Below are positions 45,001 through 55,030 of a DNA stretch of 64,000 nucleotides, piece by piece. Position 1 is the stretch's first letter. Each line of letters starts with the position of its first letter. The stretch lies in NCBI GenBank assembly GCA_964016885.1, contig OZ024754.1, forward strand, positions 20,274,001-20,338,000, in the 5' to 3' direction. The translations under genes and the position numbers were made by a program. Below the pieces are notes generated by a model. The model saw nothing but the letters and a program-made list of their open reading frames with translations, had not been told where the DNA came from and ran no database searches. The DNA comes from Eledone cirrhosa. Its lineage: Eukaryota.

Positions 45001-46849
45001 TGTACAACTGTGGCTAAAATGACTCTTCAATGATATAGTTACTTTTGTTTCAACACAGTCACAGATCAAGTCACTTGCCAGACATGTACAACTATGGCTA
45101 AAATGACTCTTCCATAATATAGTTACTTTAGTTTCAACACAATCTCAGATCGAGTCACTTGCCAGACGTGTACAACTGTGGCTAAAATGACTCTTCCATG
45201 ATATAGTTACTTTAGTTTCAACACAGTCACAGATCAAGTCACTTGCCAGACATGTACAACTGTGGCTAAAATGACTCTTCCATGATATAGTTACTTTAGT
45301 TTCAACACAGTCTCAGATCAGGTCACTTGCCAAACATGAACAACTGTGGCTAAAATGACTCTTCCATGATATAGTTACTTTAGTTTCAACACAATCTCAG
45401 ATCCAGTCACTTGCGAGACATGTACAACTGTGGCTAAAATGACTCTTCCATGATATAGTTACTTTAGTTTCAACACAGTCTCAGATCAAGTTACTTAACA
45501 GACATGTACAACTGTGGCTAAAATGACTCTTCCATGATATAGTTACTTTAGTTTCAACACAATCTCAGATCAAGTCACCTGCCAGACATGTACAACTGTG
45601 GCTAAAATGACTCTTCCATGATATAGTTACTTTAGTTTCAACACAGTCTCAGATCAAGTCACTTGCCAGACATGTACAACTGTGGCTAAAATGACTCTTC
45701 CATGATATAGTCACTTTAGTTTCAACACAGTCTCAGATCAAGTCACTTGCCAGACATGTACAACTGTGGCTAAAATGACTCTTCCATGATATAGTTACTT
45801 TAGTTTCAACACAATCTCAGATCAAGTCACTTGCCAGACATGTACAACTGTGGCTAAAATGACTCTTCCATGATATAGTTACTTTAGTTTCAACACAATC
45901 TCAGATCAAGTCACTTGCCAGACATGTACAACTGTGACTAAAATCGCTCTTCCATGATATAGTTACTTTAGTTTCAACACAGTCTCAGATCAAGTCACTT
46001 GCCAGACATGTACAACTGTGCCTAAAATGACTCGTCCATGATATACTTAATTTAGTTTCAACACTGTCTTAGATCAAGTCACTTGCCAGACTGTGGCTAA
46101 AATGACTCTTCCATGATATAGTTACTTTAGTTTCAAAACAGTCTCAGATCAAGTCACTTGCCAGACATGTACAACTGTGGCTAAAATGACTCTTCCATGA
46201 TATAGTTACTTTAGTTTCAACACAGTCTCAGATCAAGTCACTTGCCAGACATGTACAACTGTGGCTAAAATGACTCTTCCATGATATAGTTACTTTAGTT
46301 TCAACACAGTCTCAGATCAAGTCACTTGCCAGACATGTATATCTGTGGCTAAAATGACTCTTCCATGATATATTTACTTTAGTTTCAACACAGTCTGAGA
46401 TCAAGTCACTTGCCAGACATGTGCAACTGTGGCTAAAATGACTCTTCCATGATATAGTTACTTTAGTTTCAACACAGTCACAGATGAATTCACTTGCCAG
46501 ACATGTACAACTGAGGCTAAAATGACTCTTCCATGATATAGTTACTTTAGTTTCAACACAATCTCAGATCAAGTCACTTGCCAGACATGTACAACTGTGG
46601 CTAAAATGACTCTTCCATTATATAGTTACTTTAGTTTCAACACAGTCACAGATCAAGTCACTTGCCAGACATGTACAACTGTAGCTAAAATGACTCTTCC
46701 ATGATATAGTTACTTTAGTTTCAACACAATCTCAGATCAAGTCACTTACCAGACATGTACAACTGTGGCTAAAATGACTCTTCCGCAATGTAATAGCTTT
46801 AGTTTCAACAGAGTCTCAAACAAGTTCACTTGCCAGACATGTATACAAC
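1..46849. repeat. 84-bp tandem satellite array, about 560 monomers, continuing off the left edge of the window
   Basis: Consensus TGTGGCTAAAATGACTCTTCCATGATATAGTTACTTTAGTTTCAACACAGTCTCAGATCAAGTCACTTGCCAGACATGTACAAC repeats head-to-tail with a few substitutions per unit. A 75-bp variant lacking ATGTACAAC recurs. Copy number is estimated from length/period. Confidence 0.99.
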
Positions 46850-46978
46850 TTAAAATGAAAAATCCTACAAGTAAAAAACAAAAATTTATACAACAAAATA
46901 GAATAAGAAGTAAAAATAAAAAATACTTGGTAAACAGCTCTAGCCACCAGTTTGAAATCCTTACACAAAAAGTCAATC

Positions 46979-47022
46979 TTTTTTTTTTTTTTTTTTTTTT
47001 TCTAAATTTGTCTTCGTTTATT
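46979..47022 (-). terminator. Polyadenylation signal and poly(A) tail of the retrotransposon
   Basis: TTTATT at 47017-47022 (AATAAA on minus), 15 nt from a 23-T run. Confidence 0.8.
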
Positions 47023-47092
47023 ATAAATGCAGGGGTAAATGCTAAAGTAGAAAATCAAACTTTCCAGTGTTGTCTTCCTGTTTCTTCTACAA

Positions 47093-50033
47093 CTACAACG
47101 ATATGCGATTGGGCTCACCCACAGCCCTGGCGGACAGAATGGAGAAGGCGCCTATGGTGGTGAGTAAGGTGGTAGTCCTGGTCCGAGGACACCAGTCTCC
47201 ACTGCCAGGGGTACGACGGCAAACCTGTCGGAGAGCGACCGGTATTTGAGGAGTTTGGCCCCCTCAGCCCGACGTGCAGCAGAACCTGGGTCAGTCGCAG
47301 ACTGCACCAGGTTGCGGCTGCAGAAAGTGTCGGTGCAAGTGGCATCCCAGACGAGGGGTTTGCCACCGCGGAATGGGAAGATGGTCATGCCATCTGGCTT
47401 TTTGCCGTCCCCTCGATCCAGTCCCACCGGCTCGAGCTGGGAAGCGAAGCCTGCAGCGTCCAAGCCATGATTAATGACCTCGTTGAGGGCAGTATGGCGT
47501 GGAATGCGGCCGGCACTGTGGCGACAGGAAAGCGGTGGAGGCCGAAAGAGTCCACGGTGGAACCGCAGCGACATTGGTGTGGCTGGCAGATCCGGAAGCC
47601 GAGCCTCAGGGAAACGCCGATGCGCAGGCTATTGTTGTCTAGCTGCGTGCCAGTGGAGAAGGAGGGTAGGGCATGGAGCCAGGAACCACTGTAGGGTTTG
47701 GAGGCCGCACGAAAACAAGCAAGGCGGTGCTGGTCGAGCTGGCGCGTGAGCCTGTCTGAGGCCAGGCTGCACTGGATGGCATCCCAAGTGCGTTGGGGGG
47801 ACTTGAGCTCAACAAGGGGAGAAGGAGGAGGGACGTCTACTGAGCTAAGTCCAAGCCGGTCCCATGTCTCACAGGCAGCCTCACGTTCTCTGAACACAGA
47901 GGGTTCTGTTGTGTTTTGAAGAACCCTGCTGACGAGGACGCGGCACGAGGTTACCGACGAAAGATACGCCGGCAAAGCTAGTGAGATCGGGGACCGGAGG
48001 CCAAGGCCGCCATACCTGACAGGTAAAGTGGCCTGCTGCTACCCTATGTCGTCAAACTTGACATTGCATATCTCCTCGGCTGCTGCTCGGATACAAGTAT
48101 CGAGGTCAGCGAGGAGAGATGTGTGGGTGTAGCACGGAGCGCTGCAGAGTGTATAGAGGAGCTTCGACATGGCAAAGCAGTTCCCCAGCAGAAAGAGAGC
48201 TGGGTGGCCATCAATCAAGCCCAGTCGGCTCGTAAGAGTCTGGAGCTGTTGAAGCCTGGACCTGATGGTGGAGCAGATGGCCGGCGAGTGGATCGGTGAC
48301 CCGAGGATGAGGACATCCTCTTTGGGGGTTACCTGAACCTGGCGGAGAATGGACCGCACGTCCAAGACGGAGGCTGCAAAGCTCGCAGCATCGAGGCTGA
48401 CATTCACCACCTCCGACTTGGCCGAGTTGACCTCGAGGCCGATTCCCGCCAGGGCAGGAACCACCGATTGAAGGTCATGGCAGACCGTCCGTACGAGCCC
48501 GCCCAACGTAGCATCCTCCAGATACCAAACGTTGAGAGGGGCCGTAATACTCCGGGCGATGTGGTCAATACCAAGAGCGAACAGGAGGGGTCCCAAAGGG
48601 TCGCCCTGTTGGACCCCAATAGCCGAGGGTGTGACCGTATCAGCCACAAGGAGCATGCTCGGGGCTCCATACGACAAGTAGGCCAGCGGGTAGGCAGAGG
48701 GGTCTCGGTTGAGGCAGGCCTCGAGCAGATGATCCCGACGTAAAGAGTTGAAGACATTCTTCATGTCAAGCTTGACAATGAGCTGCCTGGAGTCCCTGGA
48801 TGCCGGTTCCGATGGGCAGCTGTCCAAGAACTGCCTGGTTGCATGAGCGGCCCCCTCACAGCCACCTGAAACGCCGACACCCAGTTGCACCGGACTAAAC
48901 TCCTCACACAGTTCGTGTGTTACGGACTTGCAGATCACCTTGGCAGCCAGCCTCCGGAAGACATTGCCCACAGCAACGAGGCGTATGCCACCCTCTTTCT
49001 TCCTGAGAGCTGTAAGGCTGGCCGAAAAAAAGAGGCCTCGGGCGTAAGGCTCCAGGGCGCCATCGATGAGCCTATTGGTGAGCGCCACAATTGCACTCAG
49101 AAGGCGGCGCCTGGCCTCAGCGGAGAGGGGAGGATATCAACTCCTTGAGGTGGCCTTGTCGGAGACCATCAATACCTCCCTGCTAGCTGGGAAGGACCTG
49201 ATGGTGGACATGATGTCTGCATCAGAAGCCACAAGGAGCAAGTGGGGGTCGGGTGGGGGTATGGGTCTGAGATCAGTGGGTGGCTCAGGGTGTTTGTGTC
49301 GCAGAGCAGCCAGGACCTCCTCGGTGGGTTGGAGGACAGTGTCCGCTGAGGCAACAACTCTGACTGCAGCCGAGACATCACTCATGATAAGCTTGGCGTT
49401 TACCACGTCACGCAAACGCTTGGCGCTGGCCTCGGGGGTGGAGGAAGGGGTACCTAGGGGTGTGGGGGGTGGCGTCCCTTGGCACGCTTGGAATGGGCGC
49501 TCGCCCAAAGGATGAGACATTGGCCGGTCAGCGCCAGAGCTGGGGAGGCCGAGGGCGAGTGGGGCGAAATAGAACAGCCGCTCCCAGTCACTGGCTCGAT
49601 TGGAGTCCAGGGCGCTCTCAATCGAGGTTAGCGGCACTCCTGCCGCTCTCGGGATCCTGAGTGGGATCTTCCGGAGCCGCCTGAGCCGAGCGATGTTCAA
49701 CAGCGAGGCTTGGGCGCCAAGCAAGTTCGCTGTCCCAGCTGGTTGTGTGCCAGACGGCCCTGGCTGGGAAGACGTGGGGAAGAGGCAGCTCCTGCACCTC
49801 CACGCTGCGAGGGCATTGGAAGTTCGACGAGTCAAGCCAACGCAGGTGAGGTGGTGGAAGCAGCCGCACGCCAAACAGTTCCGGCCCCTCTTGTTAGTGG
49901 TGCTGCAAGTGCTGCAGCTGTCGACTTGGAGGGATGGGGATGAGGCGTGGGGTCGGGGACTGGGGCACCGAGCGAAATCAGGTGTGGGTGGCTGGCGTGT
50001 GTGGAAGGGAAAGTGCTGGTAAGAGGGCCTCAT
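47093..50033 (-). pseudogene. Disrupted polyprotein: PHD finger, reverse transcriptase, Zn knuckle, restriction-like endonuclease
   Basis: PHD CSTC..CLAC..HHLTC..WRCRSC; RT motifs KLDMKNVFN, GVQQGDPLGPLLF, WYLED; CQPHQCRCG..H..SC; RLE KPDGMT..LVWDATC..KY..PLAVE. Broken by frameshifts near 49180, 49125 and 47530 and an in-frame TAG at 48039-48041 (DDIG*QQATLPVRYGGLG). The expected YLDD reads YLED. Confidence 0.92.
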
Positions 50034-50521
50034 AGCTCACCTATATATATAGAGGTGTCTGAAAACAAGAGAGAAAAGAAGGGGCTGCATGGAGGGGCAC
50101 ATACAGGAAGGTAGAATGTTAGTAAATGAATGAGTGAATGGATGAATGTACAAAAAAGGAGGGGGTGGAGAAAACAGGGGGTTGTTCCGAGCGGAAAGAC
50201 CCAGAGTCTTTGTTAATGGTAGTGTTGTTGATGTCAATGTCACTGTTGTCGTCGTTGCTTTCCTCTTGTTAATGGTGGTGGAGATGAAACTGCTACCAGG
50301 TCGGGTTGCCAGGCAGCATGCTGAGGCTCGCGGGCCTTCTTTTACCGAAGATGCGGAGGTCGATGTTATAATCCTTTAGAAATATATCAATATATGTACA
50401 GGACCTTCATCAATTGCAACAAGTATTCCAGTTGATTCGATCAACAAAACAGCCAACTTATGAAGCTCATGTACCAGTGGTTGAATATTTCACAGACACA
50501 CCCTAACCACTAAGCTTCATA

Positions 50522-50712
<191 letters not shown>

Positions 50713-50763
50713 AAAATAAAGTAAAATAAAAAGTCAAATGATTAAAATTTAGCTTCGTTTATT

Positions 50764-50818
50764 ACTGCTATATATATTTCAGTGACAGCCATCTTTGGCT
50801 GTGACCTCTTCAGACAGT
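50764..50818 (-). ncRNA. Minimal type I hammerhead ribozyme with intact core
   Basis: Minus strand reads ACUGU-CUGAAGA-GGUCACAGCCA(AAGA)UGGCUGUCACU-GAAA-UAUAUAUA-GCAGU: stem I ACUGU/GCAGU, canonical CUGANGA and GAAA boxes, long stem II, short palindromic stem III. Confidence 0.8.
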
Positions 50819-50844
50819 TTGAATTAGTATGGTATAGACAAGTA

Positions 50845-50927
50845 CATATGTTGTTGATACATATTGTTGATACATATGTTGTTGATACATATTGTTAATA
50901 CATATTGTTGATACATATTGTTAATAC
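50845..50927. repeat. Minisatellite, 13-15 bp unit TTGTTGATACATA, about 6 copies
   Basis: Visible tandem repeats of (TG)TTGTT(G/A)ATACATA. Confidence 0.9.
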
Positions 50928-51277
50928 TCTGATATGCCCAGTTCCTGGTTTGGTTGTTATTTCACTGAGGAACTGGAATCATATGAATTCAAACAAACGA
51001 ATTTCAGTGTCAAAGGTCCTCCTCTCCTTTCATTGGTCTGTTGTTAGAACATTCCTCATTCTAAGTGTTGTTATTATTGGAGTTAGCTTAAAAAATTGAT
51101 AAAATTGTAGTAGGCGCAAGGTGTTACAGGAACAAAATAACAAAAAAAGTGTCAAACTTCCCATTGGTCAGTTCTGAGAGCATTCCTCAGTCAGAAGTCT
51201 ATAGAATTCTTTCTGGGGTGAGGCTCCCTGTAGTGGTTGTGTTTGCTATTGTTAAGTATACAACCAACATAAACTCA

Positions 51278-51313
51278 ATATATATATATGTGTGTGTGTG
51301 TTTGTGTGTGTGT

Positions 51314-51363
<50 letters not shown>

Positions 51364-51378
51364 GCACATATATATATA
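51278..51378. repeat. Compound (TA)n/(TG)n/(CA)n microsatellite
   Basis: Direct inspection. Confidence 0.95.
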
Positions 51379-51754
51379 AACATATCTATAAAAAAAAATT
51401 CCTCTCATCATAATTTTATATAAGAACCTTTCTAATGTTTCAAACACCAAATTAATAATGAGGAACTTTACTAAATATTACTAAATCTTTGTATAGTGTG
51501 TGTTTGCCAGTTTCTATGTGAACGAGTAGTGGTTATTTTTTGTTTCTTTTTTCATTTTATATATGTGTGTTGCTCACATACACCTCTCTAAGACAATGTC
51601 ACTGGATCGAGATCTTTATGTAGTTATACAGAAGACCCGCCTTCCCTTGCATACAAACTTAAACCTACAGTCAGTAGGCACCTCTTAACCCAATCTACAC
51701 ACCACTCCGCACACCCCACACCATCCTGCCACTTCCGTTACCTGTAAAGGGTCA

Positions 51755-52002
51755 TGTAGTTGATACCACACAAAGCACCCAGTCCACACTGTGACGTGGT
51801 CATGTAGGAGACACTGTAAAAAGGGTCCCAGTCCACACTGTAAATGTGGTTGGTGTTGGGAAGGGCATCCAGCTGTAGAAAGCCTGCCAGAAACAGTTCT
51901 GTACAAGCGAGACATGGTGACCCGACCAATCTTACCGCAAGTTGGACAAACCTTTCCAACCCATGCTAGCATGGAAAATGGATGTTAAACGATGATGATG
52001 AT
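51755..52002 (+). mobile_element. SINE-like retroposon 3' part with (GAT)n tail
   Basis: Contains GGTTGGTGTTGGGAAGGGCATCCAGCTGTAGAAA, palindrome CCATGCTAGCATGG (51961-51974) and ends ...GTTAAAC(GAT)4 into (AT)n. Resembles, from memory, an abundant cephalopod interspersed repeat; not verified. Confidence 0.6.
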
Positions 52003-52120
52003 ATATATATATATATATATACATAACGAAAGTTATGTAACGAAAGTGTGGTAAGGAACCAGGTGGACCGTAACGCACCAGAGTACTCAATACTTTGGTA
52101 GTAGAGTGGGTAATAGGAAA

Positions 52121-52186
52121 AGCTCAAGCCGTTGCGACGGCTATTTCTGGACTAGTGCAGAAATAGCCGTCGAAACGGTTTGAGCT
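52121..52186. repeat. Near-perfect fold-back hairpin (29-bp arms, 2 mismatches, 8-nt loop)
   Basis: AGCTCAAGCCGTTGCGACGGCTATTTCTG-GACTAGTG-CAGAAATAGCCGTCGAAACGGTTTGAGCT. Confidence 0.9.
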
Positions 52187-52320
52187 CTGCCGTTGGGGTC
52201 CTGAATCTTTTCCTATATATATATATATATATAGGTACGTAATTCCGGGTTGAATCGGAGGTAACCACAGTAAGTAAGGTACTCAATACATAGCAGAGTA
52301 TAAAAGTTTTAATATAGATG

Positions 52321-52371
52321 AGATTCTACAGGAATAGAACTGTTTAATTATTTAGAAATCATCAGGAATCT
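52321..52371 (-). ncRNA. Hammerhead motif in 3' pseudo-LTR (GAAA box mutated to UAAA)
   Basis: AGAUUC-CUGAUGA-UUUCUAAAUAAU-UAAACAG-UUCUAUUC-CUGUA-GAAUCU: stem I AGAUUC/GAAUCU, stem III ACAG/CUGU, GUA triplet. Confidence 0.65.
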
Positions 52372-52824
52372 GGGTATCAAAAAATAAATATGGTATTTAT
52401 AGGTCTCTTCTGGTGGTAGGACAGGGTAGGGAGTGGGATGGGTAGAGGTCGTTGGTTGACAGAAAAGGGAATTCATTAAAAGCTAATTCTTTAAAGCTAT
52501 AATATATATTTAGAGTAACAAAGGCAGAAAGAATTCTATAAACAAGTTCAGGATGGGGTGCCACTCCTTATTTATTTTTCTCTTAAGCTAACAATGCCTA
52601 TATTTCAGGTGTCTATAAGATCATTGGGGGTCAGTCATGGTTGATGGATTTAAAGAAAAGGGAAATTCTTTAAAAGCTAATTCTTTAAGGTTCTACTTAG
52701 TGACAAAGGCCTAGAGAATTCTATAGACCAGTTCAAACTATTGAGTGCATATCATACCATTATCTTCAAATTTCTCCTAAACTATATTCCAAAAGTCAAC
52801 AGACACATTCACAAATACACACAA

Positions 52825-54505
52825 TCACACACACTCGCACGTTGGCTTAGTTAATTTTTTAGAATTGTGGTTGGCTATATTCCTAGCTAGGTTAGGTGTG
52901 GTGGAGTAGGAGAGTCTTATTGTATTCTTATTAAAGATAGTGCAGTACCTATGTTGTATGGGGAAGTGTGTTTTCAGCAAAGTGAAGACTATCCTAGCTA
53001 TCGGTGTAGAGACCTCTCTATTGAAGGGAGGGTTGTACCAGCTAATCTCCCTATCCCTATTCCTCCTCTGCAATCTTGCGGTGGTTTATAGGTAGGTTAT
53101 CTTTTCTTTAAATCCGCTGCGGGCGAGGGCGTCATTGTAGTAGGAGGCAGAGGCGTTAAAAATATCTTCGTTAGCAGAGAGGCCAGAGATTCTAATAGAG
53201 ACGCTTTTTACTAAGTTATCAGTGATGTTTTTGGGGTGGTTAGAATTAACATTAATATATCTAAGGGACTCGTTAGGTTTGTGGTACGGGTAATAGAGGG
53301 AAGTGTCTAGGTCGAGAGTGACATCTAAGAAGTTGGCCATAGTCATATTAGAATCTATAGTTATACTAAATCCTAGATTAGAGAGGAACGAGCTTAAGTT
53401 TCTCCGAAACCCATCGGTGGTGCTGGGGTTAACCTTGTGCAGGGCGAAGAGGCCGTCGTCTCGGTATAAACCTCCGGTTAGGCCGGTAAAGAGGTTCTTC
53501 ATGTGATGTAAAATGTACAAGCCCACAAGGTCGCTAATTTCAGCTGAGTCATTCGCTCCCATGCTGACGTCAAATGGAATCTGAGACTTCTTGTTGATCC
53601 ATTAAGATCCATCGTGGTATAGAAAGGTCTTACGGGCGTGGAGGATAACAACTTGCTCAGCATCGGTAATGGTGGTAAAATTCCTGGCAAAGGTAATTGC
53701 GTCCTTCAGGAGGGGCTCCGAGATAGAAGCATAGTAGTTTTCTATGTCGAGTTGCAGGAAGCGAGTGTGGCGTTTGTCGGGTAATTCTTGGAACCAGGAT
53801 ATTGCCTCAGATGTTCTGCTCCAGAGTGGGGGTGGTGTGGCAGCCCGAAATGATGGTAGAACTCTATCTAGGATCTTCTTACTGATAGAGCCGATGTCTG
53901 AACGAGTAGGGTTGATAAGTCTGACTGATGGTTTGTTGAGCAAGTTTCCCTTATGCTCCTTCAGGGTAAAGTGCGGGGTCTTTACCCTTAAAGGTTCGGT
54001 TCGGTCATGTAATTTAAGGGACTTGGCGATTTCTTTTCCGGCCGCGTTTGTCTCAGTCAATGCCATCTGTATTACCTTTTTGTAGGTGGTCGTGATGGCA
54101 TTTTTTGCCAGCTTATTGTAGGTCTGTGGGTCTACCTCATAAATGTTTTTGGTTTTATCGGAGGAGACATGAAGATTAAGGGATTTTTTTTATATTCCGC
54201 ATTTCAGTATTTAAGTAGGCCTGGAATGGTGTGGTGGCTCTATGGAATTTGATATATTTGATCATTTTGAAGAAGTCTTCTTCAAATGGTTCAAGTAGGC
54301 TGTTGGTGGGTGGTGCCTTATTCGTTTTGAAGCCGAACTTCTCATCATTGGTAGATGCTACATCAGTGTTGTCGAGGAAGAAGGCTCTCCATCTAATTCG
54401 TTTGATGAACTCGTCGGTACGTCTGATGAGTGTTTTTAGGTATAGTTTCCTTGGGGGGATGGGGATGTTCTTCATGGAGACATCAAAGTCGAGTTTGGTC
54501 AGCAT
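52825..54505 (-). pseudogene. Disrupted PLE reverse transcriptase
   Basis: Motifs SMKNIPIP..RIRWRAFF, SDKTKNIY, VRLINP, QLDIENYYASI, FDVSMGANDSAE, GGLYRDDGL, NFLDVTL, SNHP, WYNPPF. One +1 frameshift in the A-run near 54185 and in-frame TAA stops at 53602 and 53086. Confidence 0.92.
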
Positions 54506-54635
54506 AGTTTCTTGATGATGGTTATAAGGGGCACAGAGAGTGCTAAAAGGTACGTTATTCCGGGTTGAATCGGAGGTAACCACAGTAAGTAAGGTACTCA
54601 ATACATAGCAGAGTATAAAAGTTTTAATATAGATG

Positions 54636-54686
54636 AGATTCTACAGGAATAGAACTGTTTAATTATTTAGAAATCATCAGGAATCT
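54636..54686 (-). ncRNA. Hammerhead motif in 5' pseudo-LTR (same as 52321-52371)
   Basis: Identical copy inside the direct repeat. Confidence 0.65.
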
Positions 54687-54924
54687 GGGTATCAAAAAAT
54701 AAATATGGTATTTATAGGTCTCTTCTGGTGGTAGGACAGGGTAGGGAGTGGGATGGGTAGAGGTCGTTGGTTGACAGAAAAGGGAATTCATTAAAAGCTA
54801 ATTCTTTAAAGCTATAATATATATTTAGAGTAACAAAGGCAGAAAGAATTCTATAAACAAGTTCAGGATGGGGTGCCACTCCTTATTTATTTTTCTCTTA
54901 AGCTAACGATGCCTATATTTCAGG

Positions 54925-55030
54925 CTGGACAAAGCTATCAAAAGTAAAGGCCTATCAAATTGATATGTCCCACTGTGGTCTCTGTAATATGGAACTTTTC
55001 CAAATTTTAAATTACAACAAATTCTTCTTA
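54925..55030 (+). pseudogene. Short GIY-YIG endonuclease C-terminal fragment, duplicate of ~56722-56828
   Basis: Translates WTKLSKVKAYQIDMSHCGLCNMELFQILNYNK; near-identical DNA to the later copy. Confidence 0.85.

Larger units (their letters stand above)
46979..50370 (-). mobile_element. Decayed CRE-like (RLE-type) non-LTR retrotransposon; 5' boundary uncertain
   Basis: GC-rich segment encoding PHD, RT, Cys/His knuckle and PD-(D/E)xK endonuclease motifs on the minus strand. It ends in AATAAA (47017-47022) and an A23 tail (T-run 46979-47001). Confidence 0.9.
52234..54924 (-). mobile_element. Penelope-like element (Naiad-like RT) flanked by 376-bp direct pseudo-LTRs, lacking its endonuclease
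   Basis: Direct repeats 52234-52609 and 54549-54924 (offset 2315, two differences seen) enclose a PLE-type RT. The 3' end abuts (TA)n. Confidence 0.9.

Noticed and set aside
1-46849. CRISPR array
   Set aside because: No unique spacers; the whole unit repeats, there are no cas genes and the context is eukaryotic.
46746-47163. ORFs spanning the satellite end and poly-T run
   Set aside because: They read through low-complexity flank and the retrotransposon tail; no coherent protein.
47067-50379. Plus-strand and alternative-frame ORFs over the CRE-like element
   Set aside because: Shadow ORFs of GC-rich coding sequence on the minus strand.
46956-50391. Possible target-site duplication AATCCTT..TCAAT at ~46956 and ~50370
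   Set aside because: Only about 15 of 22 matches in AT-rich DNA; not convincing.
50402-50506. Possible host terminal exon (DLHQLQQVFQLIRSTKQPTYEAHVPVVEYFTDTP*)
   Set aside because: Short, weak acceptor context, no recognisable domain or partner exons.
52825-54505. Selenocysteine recoding as reported for some Naiad PLEs
   Set aside because: Internal stops are TAA rather than TGA, there is a frameshift, and the EN cysteines seen are ordinary TGT codons.
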